Source: a virus
Lineage: Duplodnaviria; Caudoviricetes
Strand: one strand, 5' to 3'
Length of the DNA: 64,000 nucleotides
IMG/VR virus record: IMGVR_UViG_3300004255_000002
Coordinates: 26,530-90,529 of that record
Position 1 is the first letter of the stretch. Every line of letters starts with the position of its first letter. The position numbers and the translations under genes are program-made. Shown here piece by piece: positions 29,511 through 39,357 of the stretch. Below the pieces are notes generated by a model. The model was not told the DNA's origin. It saw only the letters and a list, made by a program, of their open reading frames with translations, and did not search any database.

Positions 29511-30809
29511 ATGGCTACAGTTGGACGCAGATTGCTTTCCGCCATCGTACAGGCTGGAAGTGTTCAGACCTATTTAAAATTATCACTAGACGCCTACCTG
29601 TTCAGGGAATCAGAAGTAGAGTTATATGAAGCAATCAATACCCATGTAAGTAAGTTCGGCAAGATACCAAGTGAAGCAACCCTCAAGGATAAAGACTTCG
29701 GGGACGTGCTCGTGGATGCACCAGAGCCACCAGAGTACTACATGGAAGAGGTAGAGAAACGCTACCTACGCTCAAGCCTTAAAACCATTGTGGTTGAGGC
29801 CAATCAGATGCTAGTGGACGAGGAAGAAACCGAAGCCTACGACCACATCATGACTACGCTTGCCAATGTGCATAAGAAGCGTAACCGTAAGAACCTGTTC
29901 GACTTCCGCGAATCGCATAACCTAGTCTGGGGCGAGTACATCAAACAGAAAACCATGGGCGATGATTATGCCTTGAAGTTCGGCTGGCCTAAGGTAGATG
30001 AAATGACAGGCGGGATGAAGGGTGGCGACTTTGTAACTTTCGTGGGTAGACCTGCATCAGGTAAGACATTCAAACTCCTGTACATTGCCTACAACTCATG
30101 GCGTCAAGGTCGGGTACCGTTGTTCGTATCCATGGAGATGAATACCACCATCATCGCTCAGCGTTTGGCGACCATGCACACGCAACAGAACCTAACCAAC
30201 CTGCTCAAAGCCCAAATGTCTACCGCGGCCTCCAAGCAGTTAAAAGCAGGGCTTACCCAAGCAGGTACGGCAGAGAATCCATTGTGGGTGGTGGACGGTA
30301 ATTTAACCTCTACCGTGGAGGATGTGATTATGCTGTGTCGTCAGTTAGGTGTCACGGATGTATATGTGGATGGGGCATACTTGCTACGCCACCCAAATGC
30401 CAAGATAGGCAAGTGGGATAAGATGTCTGAGAATGCTGAGTGGTTGAAGCAGAAGGTGGCTCAAGACCTAAATTTACCTGTGGTAGCTTCTTATCAGTTC
30501 AGTAAAGACAGCAAGAAGAAAAAGCACGGCAACAAGGATGAAGAGGCAGGTCTTGAGGATATTTACGGCTCAGATGCAATTGCGCAGTTGTCCACCATCG
30601 TCATGGGCTTATTCCAGCCTGAGGGGATTGAGACACAACACCAGCGTGATGTTAATATCATGAAAGGTCGTAATGGTGAGAAGGGGCGATTCAGCATTCA
30701 CTGGGACTTCAATAAGATGGACTTTAGCCAAGTGCTAGAGAAGTCAGACAAGCAAGCGGCGTCACCAGACCTTCCACAAGAAGGCTCAGACGACCTTATC
30801 TATTTATAA
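29511..30809 (+). CDS. dnaB: Replicative DNA helicase, DnaB-like
   Basis: VGRPASGKT (H1), FVSMEM (H1a), VYVDGAYL (H2), SDAIAQ and KGRNG (H4). Confidence 0.9.
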   Translation: MATVGRRLLSAIVQAGSVQTYLKLSLDAYLFRESEVELYEAINTHVSKFGKIPSEATLKDKDFGDVLVDAPEPPEYYMEEVEKRYLRSSLKTIVVEANQMLVDEEETEAYDHIMTTLANVHKKRNRKNLFDFRESHNLVWGEYIKQKTMGDDYALKFGWPKVDEMTGGMKGGDFVTFVGRPASGKTFKLLYIAYNSWRQGRVPLFVSMEMNTTIIAQRLATMHTQQNLTNLLKAQMSTAASKQLKAGLTQAGTAENPLWVVDGNLTSTVEDVIMLCRQLGVTDVYVDGAYLLRHPNAKIGKWDKMSENAEWLKQKVAQDLNLPVVASYQFSKDSKKKKHGNKDEEAGLEDIYGSDAIAQLSTIVMGLFQPEGIETQHQRDVNIMKGRNGEKGRFSIHWDFNKMDFSQVLEKSDKQAASPDLPQEGSDDLIYL

Positions 30810-30823
30810 CGGATTGGAGTAAT

Positions 30824-31018
30824 ATGGTTATTATCGTAGTTGACAAATCGGATGAAGACGAGGTAATGGACAAAGCCACGAACCTTGACTTTATCAACCG
30901 TGAGTACCGCGGCGCTAAGGTGCTGATACGATTCCATGATACCGATATCGACGACTTAGAGCGACTAGGCGCAAACCTAGATAATAGCAATATTGACCAC
31001 CAAATCATTGAGGAGTAG
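30824..31018 (+). CDS. Small acidic hypothetical protein
   Basis: GGAG RBS, 64 aa. Confidence 0.55.
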   Translation: MVIIVVDKSDEDEVMDKATNLDFINREYRGAKVLIRFHDTDIDDLERLGANLDNSNIDHQIIEE

Positions 31019-31020
31019 TA

Positions 31021-31212
31021 ATGAGTACCAAAAACTATATTGCCATTGGATTTAATGCCGACGGCGTAGTCTTACCTGATAACTTTAACGGCGGCGAGAA
31101 GCTATCCAAAAAGGATGCCCACCGTATCGCCACCAACCTAAGCAAACAGCAGGGCGTTATTCAGGCAGAGGTACTAGAATCAGTGCTGGTGGTCAGACCA
31201 GAAAGCTCTTGA
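31021..31212 (+). CDS. Small hypothetical protein
   Basis: GAGGAG RBS, 63 aa. Confidence 0.55.
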   Translation: MSTKNYIAIGFNADGVVLPDNFNGGEKLSKKDAHRIATNLSKQQGVIQAEVLESVLVVRPESS

Positions 31213-31236
31213 TTAATTAAGCCAAAGTGGTATAAT
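31209..31236 (+). promoter_or_regulatory. sigma70-type phage promoter
   Basis: TTGATT-16 bp-TATAAT with extended TG. Confidence 0.7.
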
Positions 31237-31282
31237 AAACAGGTAGTAAATAATTAACTAATTCCTATAGAGGAGAAATAAG

Positions 31283-31765
31283 ATGACGATTACCGTAACC
31301 AAACCAAAGCAGGTGGAGAAGGCAAAAGAGCAAGCCCTCTTAGTCGATGCCACAGGCGCAACGCTTAGCCCAGAAGAGATGGACTACGAGCAACTAGCCG
31401 ACCTGTACGGTAGCCTAGAAGACCAAATCGAAGCACTCAAAACCAACCCAATCTACACACAGTTCGACCTTGTTAAAAAGGCGCTAGTCACTAAGATTAA
31501 TGCCGAAGTTGAAGCGGCAGACATTGCTGAAATCAAAGGCGAGCACTGGTTGCTAGAGATTGGCGCATGCGGTAAGAACCCACGTAAAGTGAAAGACGTA
31601 GGCCTGATTCAAACCTTTGTAGGTCAAGAAGTGTTCGCTCAGATTGCCAAGGTGAATATCACGGATGTAGAAAAGTACCTAACCCCAGACCAAGTAGCTA
31701 AAGTACTTGATTCGGATACAGGCTACTCGGCTAACCGTAAAATCACTGCTAAGTTCTTAGGCTAA
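31283..31765 (+). CDS. Hypothetical protein
   Basis: GAGGAG RBS, 160 aa. Confidence 0.65.
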   Translation: MTITVTKPKQVEKAKEQALLVDATGATLSPEEMDYEQLADLYGSLEDQIEALKTNPIYTQFDLVKKALVTKINAEVEAADIAEIKGEHWLLEIGACGKNPRKVKDVGLIQTFVGQEVFAQIAKVNITDVEKYLTPDQVAKVLDSDTGYSANRKITAKFLG

Positions 31766-31767
31766 TC

Positions 31768-32241
31768 ATGGCTATAGACGAGAAACGACTCAAAATCAAA
31801 GAGCGTTCTCATATCTGGGCAGAGGAGTTTATTAAGGCTCCTCGCCAGACGATGAACGACGAGCAGGTTAGTATCTTCATGCGGTGCTGTCTCAGTGAAA
31901 AAGACCCAGACTTCCCACCAGAAGAAGTACGCAAGAGCTTCCAGTGGCGTATGTTGGAGTCACGACTACAGCACTACAACGTGAATGCTACCAATGCATT
32001 AAAGACCTTCATTACCTGCATCGCAGACCGTCCAGCGATTGTGACGATGTGGAGCGTGGCACTGGTATACATGAGTATCTTTAAGACCCATGAAGATGCA
32101 CAGATGGATATTGACGTGCTAGCCAGAACATTCCCTAACGGCTTCCCTACAGCCAAGGCACTGCAAGAGTTGTGGGATGCACAGAAGGGCTTTAATATTG
32201 ACCTAGATGTAGACAATCTATTAGACGTAGCGGAGTTCTAA
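31768..32241 (+). CDS. Hypothetical protein
   Basis: 157 aa, coupled to the primase gene. Confidence 0.65.
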   Translation: MAIDEKRLKIKERSHIWAEEFIKAPRQTMNDEQVSIFMRCCLSEKDPDFPPEEVRKSFQWRMLESRLQHYNVNATNALKTFITCIADRPAIVTMWSVALVYMSIFKTHEDAQMDIDVLARTFPNGFPTAKALQELWDAQKGFNIDLDVDNLLDVAEF

Positions 32242-33218
32242 TGCGCAAGGATAAGGTACTGGCATTATTGGTGGCCTTAAAAACCAAGAAGACAGGTGAA
32301 CGCGCTGGCACATGGATGGAGGCTAAATGCCCATTTGTGTGGAAGCACGGCGGTGTAGACCAACACCCGTCATTCGGTATCAAGGTATCTGACAAGAAGA
32401 AGTCCATTTGTAAGTGCTGGTCATGTGGGTATGGCGGGGACTTGCAGGACTTAGTATTAGACATCGCTCAGCATGTTCGTAAGCATAAGTTGACGGGCTA
32501 CAATCTCAAGTTGGCAATGCAATTAACTGCAAATGAGGCAGAGGATATGGATATCAACCCAGAAGATATCCCTGACTATGACGCGGCAATTGCGGAGGCA
32601 ACCGAGGTAGTGTTTCCGTCTTACTGGCTAGAAAGCTTCCCAAAGGTTCAGAAGTACAAAGAGCCAATGGCATACCTACTAGGCAGAAACATGACCCACA
32701 GTATGATAGAGATGCTGGATGTGCGCTACGACCCGCTACAGAAGCGAGTGTGCTTTCCGTTCTACAACTTTAAAGGCGAGTTGATGGGTGTGCAGGGCAG
32801 GGACTTAAATAAAGAGTCTAACCTGCGCTACTATCAATATGGCTATAATGGTCAAAGAAACGGTATGTGCTGGTACGGTGAAAACCGCGTAACATTGGAC
32901 AAACCAGTCGTATTAGTTGAGGGTGTGTTCGACTATGTGAGCATACTGCGGGTGTATCCAAATGTACTCGCCAGCTTTACCTCTGGGCTGTCAACAGAGA
33001 AGGTCAAGCGGGTAGCTGATGCTGATTCAATTATCAGCTTGTATGACTACGGCAACGGTGGTAATGCGGCTCGTGAAGCACTACCTAAGAAGCTTAAGAA
33101 AGTTCCGATGAGGCACCTTATACCCACGGAACTGGAGGATGATGCAGGTAACATGACATTAGAGCAAGTTACCGCGCATTTGCAAGGCCACGTTAAGCTA
33201 TCTAGCTACGTGTATTAA
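32241..33218 (+). CDS. DNA primase (Zn finger + TOPRIM)
   Basis: CPF...H...PSF...C-x-CWSC Zn finger. VLVEGVFD and LYD-x-x-x-x-G TOPRIM motifs. Confidence 0.88.
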   Translation: MRKDKVLALLVALKTKKTGERAGTWMEAKCPFVWKHGGVDQHPSFGIKVSDKKKSICKCWSCGYGGDLQDLVLDIAQHVRKHKLTGYNLKLAMQLTANEAEDMDINPEDIPDYDAAIAEATEVVFPSYWLESFPKVQKYKEPMAYLLGRNMTHSMIEMLDVRYDPLQKRVCFPFYNFKGELMGVQGRDLNKESNLRYYQYGYNGQRNGMCWYGENRVTLDKPVVLVEGVFDYVSILRVYPNVLASFTSGLSTEKVKRVADADSIISLYDYGNGGNAAREALPKKLKKVPMRHLIPTELEDDAGNMTLEQVTAHLQGHVKLSSYVY

Positions 33219-33252
33219 CGTCCATACGGACAAACTATAAGGAGAGGTTGTA

Positions 33253-34092
33253 ATGGCAATATCGTTAGGCAAGAAAAAAACACCAGCACCAGAGGCTGAC
33301 CAAGAAACCAAAGCGGAAGCACCTACAAAACAGGCTGAACCCACTTCAAAGAAAGATGCACCAGCAAAGGGTGAGGACAAACCGAAAGGCTTTGTTAGCG
33401 CCCTTAAACGTGGTAAAGCCGCCGCCGAAGCACTAGCGGCAGAAGACCACCGTGCTGAGCAGAACAGCAAGAATCAAAACCTCAGATTCTTTATGAAGGA
33501 TGGAGACGAAGCCTCTATCACATTCTTAGACGGTGACTTAGACGCGGACGGTATGCTGGATATCCCGTTCTATTTTGAGCATAACGTCACAATCGGCGGC
33601 AAGTACGGTAACTTCTTTGTATGCACCTCAGAGACAGAGCCATGCCCTATTTGTGAAGGCGGTATTCAAGCGTCCTACGTTGGCTTGTTGACAATCATCG
33701 ACCATCGTTCTTACGAGTCGAAGAAAGACAGCAAAACCTACAAAGACCAAGTACGCTTGTTTGCGGCAAAACGCGGTACCATCAAAATGCTACAGAAAAT
33801 CGCAGAGAAGCGCGGTGGCCTAGCAGGTGCACGATTTGATGTGTCTCGTACTGGTGCCCAGTCAGCGGCTGTGGGTAGTATGTTCGACTACACAGACAAG
33901 ATGACTAAAGCACAAATCTTAGCTAAGTACGGTGAGAAAGCAGTGCCGTTGGATTACGATACTATCGTGGGTGAGATTTCATTACCTGCTAGCGAGTTAC
34001 GTAAACTAGGTTTCGGCTCACTCAAGGGCCCTATGGGCTCTGAATCAGGTGCAGATGGTGGCACTGGCGACGACTACGCGGACAAGATGTAA
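33253..34092 (+). CDS. Single-stranded DNA-binding protein (gp32-like)
   Basis: RFFMKDG...ITFLD...EH...C...CPIC Zn site, F-x-V-x-R-x-G motif and acidic C-terminal tail. Confidence 0.7.
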   Translation: MAISLGKKKTPAPEADQETKAEAPTKQAEPTSKKDAPAKGEDKPKGFVSALKRGKAAAEALAAEDHRAEQNSKNQNLRFFMKDGDEASITFLDGDLDADGMLDIPFYFEHNVTIGGKYGNFFVCTSETEPCPICEGGIQASYVGLLTIIDHRSYESKKDSKTYKDQVRLFAAKRGTIKMLQKIAEKRGGLAGARFDVSRTGAQSAAVGSMFDYTDKMTKAQILAKYGEKAVPLDYDTIVGEISLPASELRKLGFGSLKGPMGSESGADGGTGDDYADKM

Positions 34093-34097
34093 CAATC

Positions 34098-35450
34098 ATG
34101 GATAAGATAAATCAACCCCCTATTTATGTTGGCTCAGCGGCAGTGTATCCATACTCTGATGCGTTAATGGAGCAGTGTGCGAAGGTTACTAACTACGGGG
34201 ATGATTTCTCGTTAGCCAGAGTCATTGGGGCGGGGGAGAACAAGCGTATCTGGCTCCCTCGTAACATGGCTAATAGTATTCCAAAAGATATGCGGGTGAG
34301 AGGCGAGTACTTTGACTTTAACTCAAACTTTGCACCACGGAATACAGAGCAATCAAGGGTCATTAAAGAGACCACAGAATTACTAAAACTAGGTGAAAGC
34401 TTTGTAGCCCAAGCACCTACAGGATTTGGCAAGACCTACTGCGCTATGGATGTGGTGGCGAGGGTAGGTAAGAAGACCATCGTAACGGTCACCAAGGAAG
34501 ACATTCGTGACCAGTGGATTGCGGCGGCAGAAGATGTACTAGGCCTCAAGGTAGGTAAAGGTATTGGCCTCATCCAAGGCAATAACTGCGTAACGGTTGG
34601 TCAAGGTATCGTCATCGCAATGATTCAATCCCTAGCGAAAGAATCACGCTACCCAGAGCATGCGTTCCGTGACTTCGGTCTGGCTATCTGGGACGAAACC
34701 CACCGCGTTGGTGCTGACTACTTTAGCCAGTCATGCTACAGAATACCAGCTAAGCTACGCCTAGGTATCTCAGCAACCCCGAAACGCAAGGACGGTAAAG
34801 GTGTTGTGATTGAAGGCCATATCGGTAAGACAAGGGTAGTGACTACCCAAGCACCAATGACCCCTAAAATCATTACCAGAAAATCCCCATGGGAGATACC
34901 ACTTAAGCGTGAGAGAACAGAAGACGGTCTCTGGGTGATGAAGCAAATACCACACAGCCCAGCACGATGTGGGCATGTGATTAACCTACTGTCCCGCCAC
35001 CATGGGCGTAACCAGATACTCGTTGACTTCATCTTCGCGGCGTACAAAAAGGGACGTAAGATTCTCATACAGTCAGACCGTGTAGAGCACTTAGAGCAGT
35101 TAGAGGCCATGATTGCCAACCGCGGGGTACCAAGCACCTCTATCGCCTATTACGTCGGCGGTATGACCCAAGGCACACGCGAGCAGGCTAAAGAAAAGCA
35201 ACTCATCATGGCAACGTATCAAATGACAGCAGAGGCCACAGATATTCCAGCATTAGACACGCTGGTGATGTGCACCCCTAAGTCAGATGTAGTACAAATC
35301 GTGGGGCGTATTTTACGTACCTGTGATGGTAAACAAGAGCCTGTAGTATTTGATATACGGGACGACACAAGCAGTGTATTTGCAGGGTACTCAAAGGCGC
35401 GGATGAAGTGGTATGCGTCTATCGGGGCTAAAGTGGACACGATATCATAG
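34098..35450 (+). CDS. Superfamily II helicase (UvsW/RadD-like)
   Basis: APTGFGKT, IWDETH, GISATP-x-R-x-DG and QIVGRILR motifs. Confidence 0.9.
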   Translation: MDKINQPPIYVGSAAVYPYSDALMEQCAKVTNYGDDFSLARVIGAGENKRIWLPRNMANSIPKDMRVRGEYFDFNSNFAPRNTEQSRVIKETTELLKLGESFVAQAPTGFGKTYCAMDVVARVGKKTIVTVTKEDIRDQWIAAAEDVLGLKVGKGIGLIQGNNCVTVGQGIVIAMIQSLAKESRYPEHAFRDFGLAIWDETHRVGADYFSQSCYRIPAKLRLGISATPKRKDGKGVVIEGHIGKTRVVTTQAPMTPKIITRKSPWEIPLKRERTEDGLWVMKQIPHSPARCGHVINLLSRHHGRNQILVDFIFAAYKKGRKILIQSDRVEHLEQLEAMIANRGVPSTSIAYYVGGMTQGTREQAKEKQLIMATYQMTAEATDIPALDTLVMCTPKSDVVQIVGRILRTCDGKQEPVVFDIRDDTSSVFAGYSKARMKWYASIGAKVDTIS

Positions 35451-35501
35451 ATTGATTAAGTGTGTTAAACTTGCTTATATGAAAGCTTAAGGAGAATCAT
35501 C

Positions 35502-35999
35502 ATGGCAACAGAAGAGAAACAATCAGAAGAGGTAAAGCAGTCAGCTACCTTTAAAGACTGGTACAAAAAGAACAAAGAAAAACTACTAGAGAAGCGTCGC
35601 GCTCAGTACGCCAATGACCCAGACAAGCGGGAGAAGGCAAGAGCCGCGGCACTAGCCCAGCGCTCCTCTAATCCTCGCGCATCGACAGCAGGGCAACCTC
35701 TGTACAAAATGGTTGGGGATGTCAGAACCCGTGTGTATCGCATAGGGGATGCGGCGAAGAAAGTAGGCCGTAAAGAACAAGTACTACGCTTGTGGGAGAA
35801 CAAGGGCTGGGTACCGCCTCCACAAGTAGATTCAAGCCACCGCTACTACACAACAAAGCAGATAGAACTACTGCGTGAGTTTGCTTTGTTGATAGACCAA
35901 GTGCGTTATAAACCTGCGAGCCGCACTATCGCAATCAATACCAAGTCTGTGGAGATTTGGGCTAAATGGGGAGAAACAAATGGGAATCAAAGTAACTAA
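35502..35999 (+). CDS. MerR-type HTH DNA-binding protein
   Basis: YRIGDAAKKVGRKEQVLRLWENKGWVPPP...HRYYT is a MerR winged HTH. Confidence 0.75.
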   Translation: MATEEKQSEEVKQSATFKDWYKKNKEKLLEKRRAQYANDPDKREKARAAALAQRSSNPRASTAGQPLYKMVGDVRTRVYRIGDAAKKVGRKEQVLRLWENKGWVPPPQVDSSHRYYTTKQIELLREFALLIDQVRYKPASRTIAINTKSVEIWAKWGETNGNQSN

Positions 36000-36300
36000 G
36001 GCAATAACCAAGCAACAAGGCGTCGGTACTGTGGAAAAACAGCACAAAGACGGTTCAATCGAATCACAGGAGGAAGTCGTGTCAGAAACTACAAGCGAAA
36101 AAGCAACAGCCAGTATCAATGTCTCTATTGGCCTAACTAAAAACCTAGGCAACTATGAGTCAGTGAAAATCACTGTAGGTATCACTCTGCCATGCGAGCC
36201 AACAGAAGAGGATATCGAAGCAACCTATGCCAGCGGTAAGGCGTGGGTGGACGATAAAGTCAACGAAATCAATGCGGAGATTGAAGAAGGTCTAGCGTAA
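35980..36300 (+). CDS. Conserved phage hypothetical protein
   Basis: TKNLGNYESVKITVG motif common in phage replication modules. Confidence 0.65.
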   Translation: MGIKVTKAITKQQGVGTVEKQHKDGSIESQEEVVSETTSEKATASINVSIGLTKNLGNYESVKITVGITLPCEPTEEDIEATYASGKAWVDDKVNEINAEIEEGLA

Positions 36301-36329
36301 GCACACTACTGATTAATAGGGAGAAGTAA

Positions 36330-37394
36330 ATGAGTAGTGCTAACGACGTATTAAAAGCCATGAAGAAGGAACATGGCGACCTAGTAGCGAAGAAGGGGAG
36401 TGAGGGGTACACCAAGGTAACGCGATTACCTACAGGTATATTCCCACTTGACCTCGCTATTGGGGGTGGGTTTCCTATGGGTCGGGTATCAATTGTATTC
36501 GGCCCTGAATCAAGCAATAAGACCAACATCTGCCTCAAAGCAATTGGTGTGGCTCAGAAGCTTATGCCCCATAAAAAGGCAGTGTTCGTGGATGCAGAGG
36601 GCGGCTATGACCCGAACTGGGCACGTAAGATGGGCGTCAATACCGACGAGCTCATCCTAATCACCCCAGAGTTCGCAGAGCAAGCCGTGGACTTGATTGA
36701 GGCATTCTTATACGCTGATGACGTGTCTGTGGTGGTGTTGGATTCTATCGCGGCATTATCTACCCAGAACGAGATTGAGTCATCTGCTGAGAAAATGTCA
36801 GTAGGCGGAGCGTCCTTGGTACTGGGTAAGATGTTCAAGAAAGCCACAGTATCATTCAACCGCATGCGCAACCAAGGCTTAGAACCACCTGCATTTATCG
36901 GTATCAATCAGACCCGCTTCAAAATCGGTGTTATGTTTGGCGACCCAGAGACTATGCCCGGTGGTCAGGCCTTAAAATTCGCAAGCTCAATGACCCTGAG
37001 ATGCTACGGTAAGAATGAGCTAGACAAGAAAATCCACCCAGTCCTACCAGCATACAAGGTGACTAGTATTGTGGTGCGTAAGTGGAAGGTGGGCGTATTA
37101 GCAATTAACTGCGAGTTCAAGATGCAGATGATTGATACCGCAGAAAACGAGGCTGGATACGTCAATGACTGGAATACGGTAAGCACTTACTTGAAAGAGC
37201 TAGGCTACCTAGAGAAGTCTAAGGTGGGTTGGGTCTTCAATGGTACGCCTTACAAGTTGTTGGACGACATCAAGGCTGTGTTGTACTCAGACCCGATACT
37301 CCTCAACGACGCCAAGCAAAGCGTGATTGATGAGATGATGGCTAAAGGTACTATCGGTGAAAGCAAGGATGAAGATGTAGGGGCAAGTCTATGA
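36330..37394 (+). CDS. recA: RecA/UvsX-like recombinase
   Basis: PTG-x-x-x-LD-x-AIGGGFP-x-GR, FGPESSNKT, FVDAEG, VVLDSIAAL, INQ-x-R-x-KIGVMFGDPET-x-PGG-x-ALKF. Confidence 0.93.
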   Translation: MSSANDVLKAMKKEHGDLVAKKGSEGYTKVTRLPTGIFPLDLAIGGGFPMGRVSIVFGPESSNKTNICLKAIGVAQKLMPHKKAVFVDAEGGYDPNWARKMGVNTDELILITPEFAEQAVDLIEAFLYADDVSVVVLDSIAALSTQNEIESSAEKMSVGGASLVLGKMFKKATVSFNRMRNQGLEPPAFIGINQTRFKIGVMFGDPETMPGGQALKFASSMTLRCYGKNELDKKIHPVLPAYKVTSIVVRKWKVGVLAINCEFKMQMIDTAENEAGYVNDWNTVSTYLKELGYLEKSKVGWVFNGTPYKLLDDIKAVLYSDPILLNDAKQSVIDEMMAKGTIGESKDEDVGASL

Positions 37395-37759
37395 GTGTGA
37401 ACCCAGTACTAAACAGGCTGAACAAAGTCGATAACGGCAGGGCAGGACGTAATGCAGAGAAGCGCATGGCGAAGCGGGTAGGCGGCAGACAGCAGGTAGG
37501 TTCTGGGGCAATAGACAGCATGAAGGGGGATATTATCAAAGGCGGTTTCTTGATAGAATCCAAGACCACGGTAGGGCAATCATTCTCAGTTAAAAAGGAA
37601 TGGTTGCTCAAGGTCTACCAAGAGGCACTAGAGATGAATAAAACCCCTGTCTTTGCAATTAACTTCACCGACGCCGCAGGTAACTCTGAAAAGCGTGAGC
37701 GCTGGATGGCGATACCAGAACACCTATGGCTGGAATTAATAGCCGACGATTGCAACTAA
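37391..37759 (+). CDS. Putative Holliday junction resolvase (Hjc-like PD-(D/E)XK)
   Basis: G-x-x-AEKR...GSGA...KGD...LIESK motif. Confidence 0.75.
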   Translation: MSVNPVLNRLNKVDNGRAGRNAEKRMAKRVGGRQQVGSGAIDSMKGDIIKGGFLIESKTTVGQSFSVKKEWLLKVYQEALEMNKTPVFAINFTDAAGNSEKRERWMAIPEHLWLELIADDCN

Positions 37760-37764
37760 TTGCA
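37751..37764. promoter_or_regulatory. Palindromic operator-like site
   Basis: TGCAACTAATTGCA overlapping the stop codon and next RBS region. Confidence 0.55.
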
Positions 37765-37775
37765 CAAGGATAAAA

Positions 37776-38723
37776 ATGGCAATCAAACTACTAAAGGCAC
37801 TCAAAAAAGAAGTGTCTATCAAGAACATGATTCATAGTCGATTAGCAGGATGGGAGAAGCCCAGAAGCCACGCTAAGATTCATGCCTCAGACCTCATGAA
37901 AGACGGGGAGTACTGCCCAAGGGAACTAGCCTTGCTTGACCTAGGTCTAGGTAAGAAGAAGGACTCTTACGTGGGAACTGCGTTACGCATTACGTTTGAC
38001 CATGGCAGAGATATTGAGCACCGTATCCGTAATGACTGGTTACGTGACGCGGCAGTAGGTAAATGGAAGTGCGCCGTATGCGGTAATCACCATGCAACCT
38101 TTGGTAAGGTGCCTAAAGTAGCATGCAAGTGTGGCTACAATAAGTGGGAGTACGATGAGTACCGCTTCATGGATGAGCAGTCAGGTACCTCATGCGGTGT
38201 GGACGTGATGCTGGATGTGGGCGAACCTAAGCTTCGTATCGTGGAGATTAAGACTATTGATAAGGATGAGTGGAAGAAACTAGTGGCACCGATGGCTGAG
38301 CACAAGTTCAGAACCTCGTTGTACCTACGCTTAGCTCATGCAAGCACGGATGAGGTCTCACAGCGGGTCAATACCAATGTGGCAACCCTTCTGTACATAA
38401 GCAAGTCGTATGGTTCCAAGGACGAAAGTCTTAAGGCCAGCGGTATACCAGATAGCCCGTTCAGTCCGTTTAAAGAGTTCACCATCCACCGTGACGACAG
38501 CTTATCGGATGTACCTCTAGCCAAGGCCGAGGTAGCTACAGCGTGGCGTCAGGACCGAAGTAAAGGCATGCCAGCAGGGGTATGTCACTCAGCCCTCATT
38601 GGCAGAGCCCAGAAGTGCCCGTGCGCAGTGGCTTGTTTCTCAGGTAAGCACCCGCAGGTAGTAACGTGGATGGAGAACGGTACCAAAAGACACCCAGACA
38701 AACCACTACTAAGCGAGCTATAA
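37776..38723 (+). CDS. Cas4-like / PD-(D/E)XK exonuclease with Zn/Fe-S cysteines
   Basis: HASDL...CPR, G-x-x-IEH, GVDVMLD...VEIKT, and a C-terminal Cys cluster (C...C-x-C-x-x-x-C). Confidence 0.75.
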   Translation: MAIKLLKALKKEVSIKNMIHSRLAGWEKPRSHAKIHASDLMKDGEYCPRELALLDLGLGKKKDSYVGTALRITFDHGRDIEHRIRNDWLRDAAVGKWKCAVCGNHHATFGKVPKVACKCGYNKWEYDEYRFMDEQSGTSCGVDVMLDVGEPKLRIVEIKTIDKDEWKKLVAPMAEHKFRTSLYLRLAHASTDEVSQRVNTNVATLLYISKSYGSKDESLKASGIPDSPFSPFKEFTIHRDDSLSDVPLAKAEVATAWRQDRSKGMPAGVCHSALIGRAQKCPCAVACFSGKHPQVVTWMENGTKRHPDKPLLSEL

Positions 38724-39250
38724 TGACGAAACCAATTCGAGTATTAGGTCTTGACCTCTCAACCAAAGCAGGTGTCGCAGTGGTTGAGATGGGCAGGAAG
38801 GTATTGTTCACCGAAGAGGTGGAGTTCAAGAAGCTAACAGGATGGCCTAGGGTGTGTGAGATAGCTTCACGCATCGTGGAGGTACGAGATGAGTATAGGC
38901 CAGACCTCATTGTGATTGAGGAGTTGTTTATCGGTCACGCATCCTCAGCCATCGTGCTAGCCCAAATTAATTCCATCGTGCGCTACATGCTCTGGCAGGA
39001 AGAACACACCTACCGAGACGTATCAGCAACCCATCTAAAGAAGTGGCTAACAGGCAAAGGCAATGCCCAGAAAGACACCATGATGATGGAGGTGTTCAAG
39101 CAGTTCGGGTATGAATCAAAGACTAACAACATTGCGGATGCAGTAGCGCTAGGGATGTTCGGGTTATGTACTCTGGGGGATAAGTTCACAGCCGCTCAAA
39201 GACAGGCCACGGTAGTACCTGAGAAGAAAAGCAGAAAGAAAGCAGAATAA
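38723..39250 (+). CDS. ruvC: RuvC-like Holliday junction resolvase
   Basis: VLGLDLSTKAG, IVIEE, KKWLTGKGNAQK and NNIADAVAL. ATG overlaps the upstream TAA. Confidence 0.85.
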   Translation: MTKPIRVLGLDLSTKAGVAVVEMGRKVLFTEEVEFKKLTGWPRVCEIASRIVEVRDEYRPDLIVIEELFIGHASSAIVLAQINSIVRYMLWQEEHTYRDVSATHLKKWLTGKGNAQKDTMMMEVFKQFGYESKTNNIADAVALGMFGLCTLGDKFTAAQRQATVVPEKKSRKKAE

Positions 39251-39251
39251 G

Positions 39252-39311
39252 TGCAGTTAATTGCAATTAATTGCATAAAAACATTGACTAATTATATCAA
39301 TATGATATTAT
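39252..39311 (+). promoter_or_regulatory. Tandem overlapping operators plus phage promoter
   Basis: TGCAGTTAATTGCAATTAATTGCA 39252-39275. TTGACT 39284-16 bp-TATTAT. Confidence 0.8.
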
Positions 39312-39357
39312 TAGTTATGGCTTTTAACGAGGCCCACCACATAAAACTAAGGAGCAT

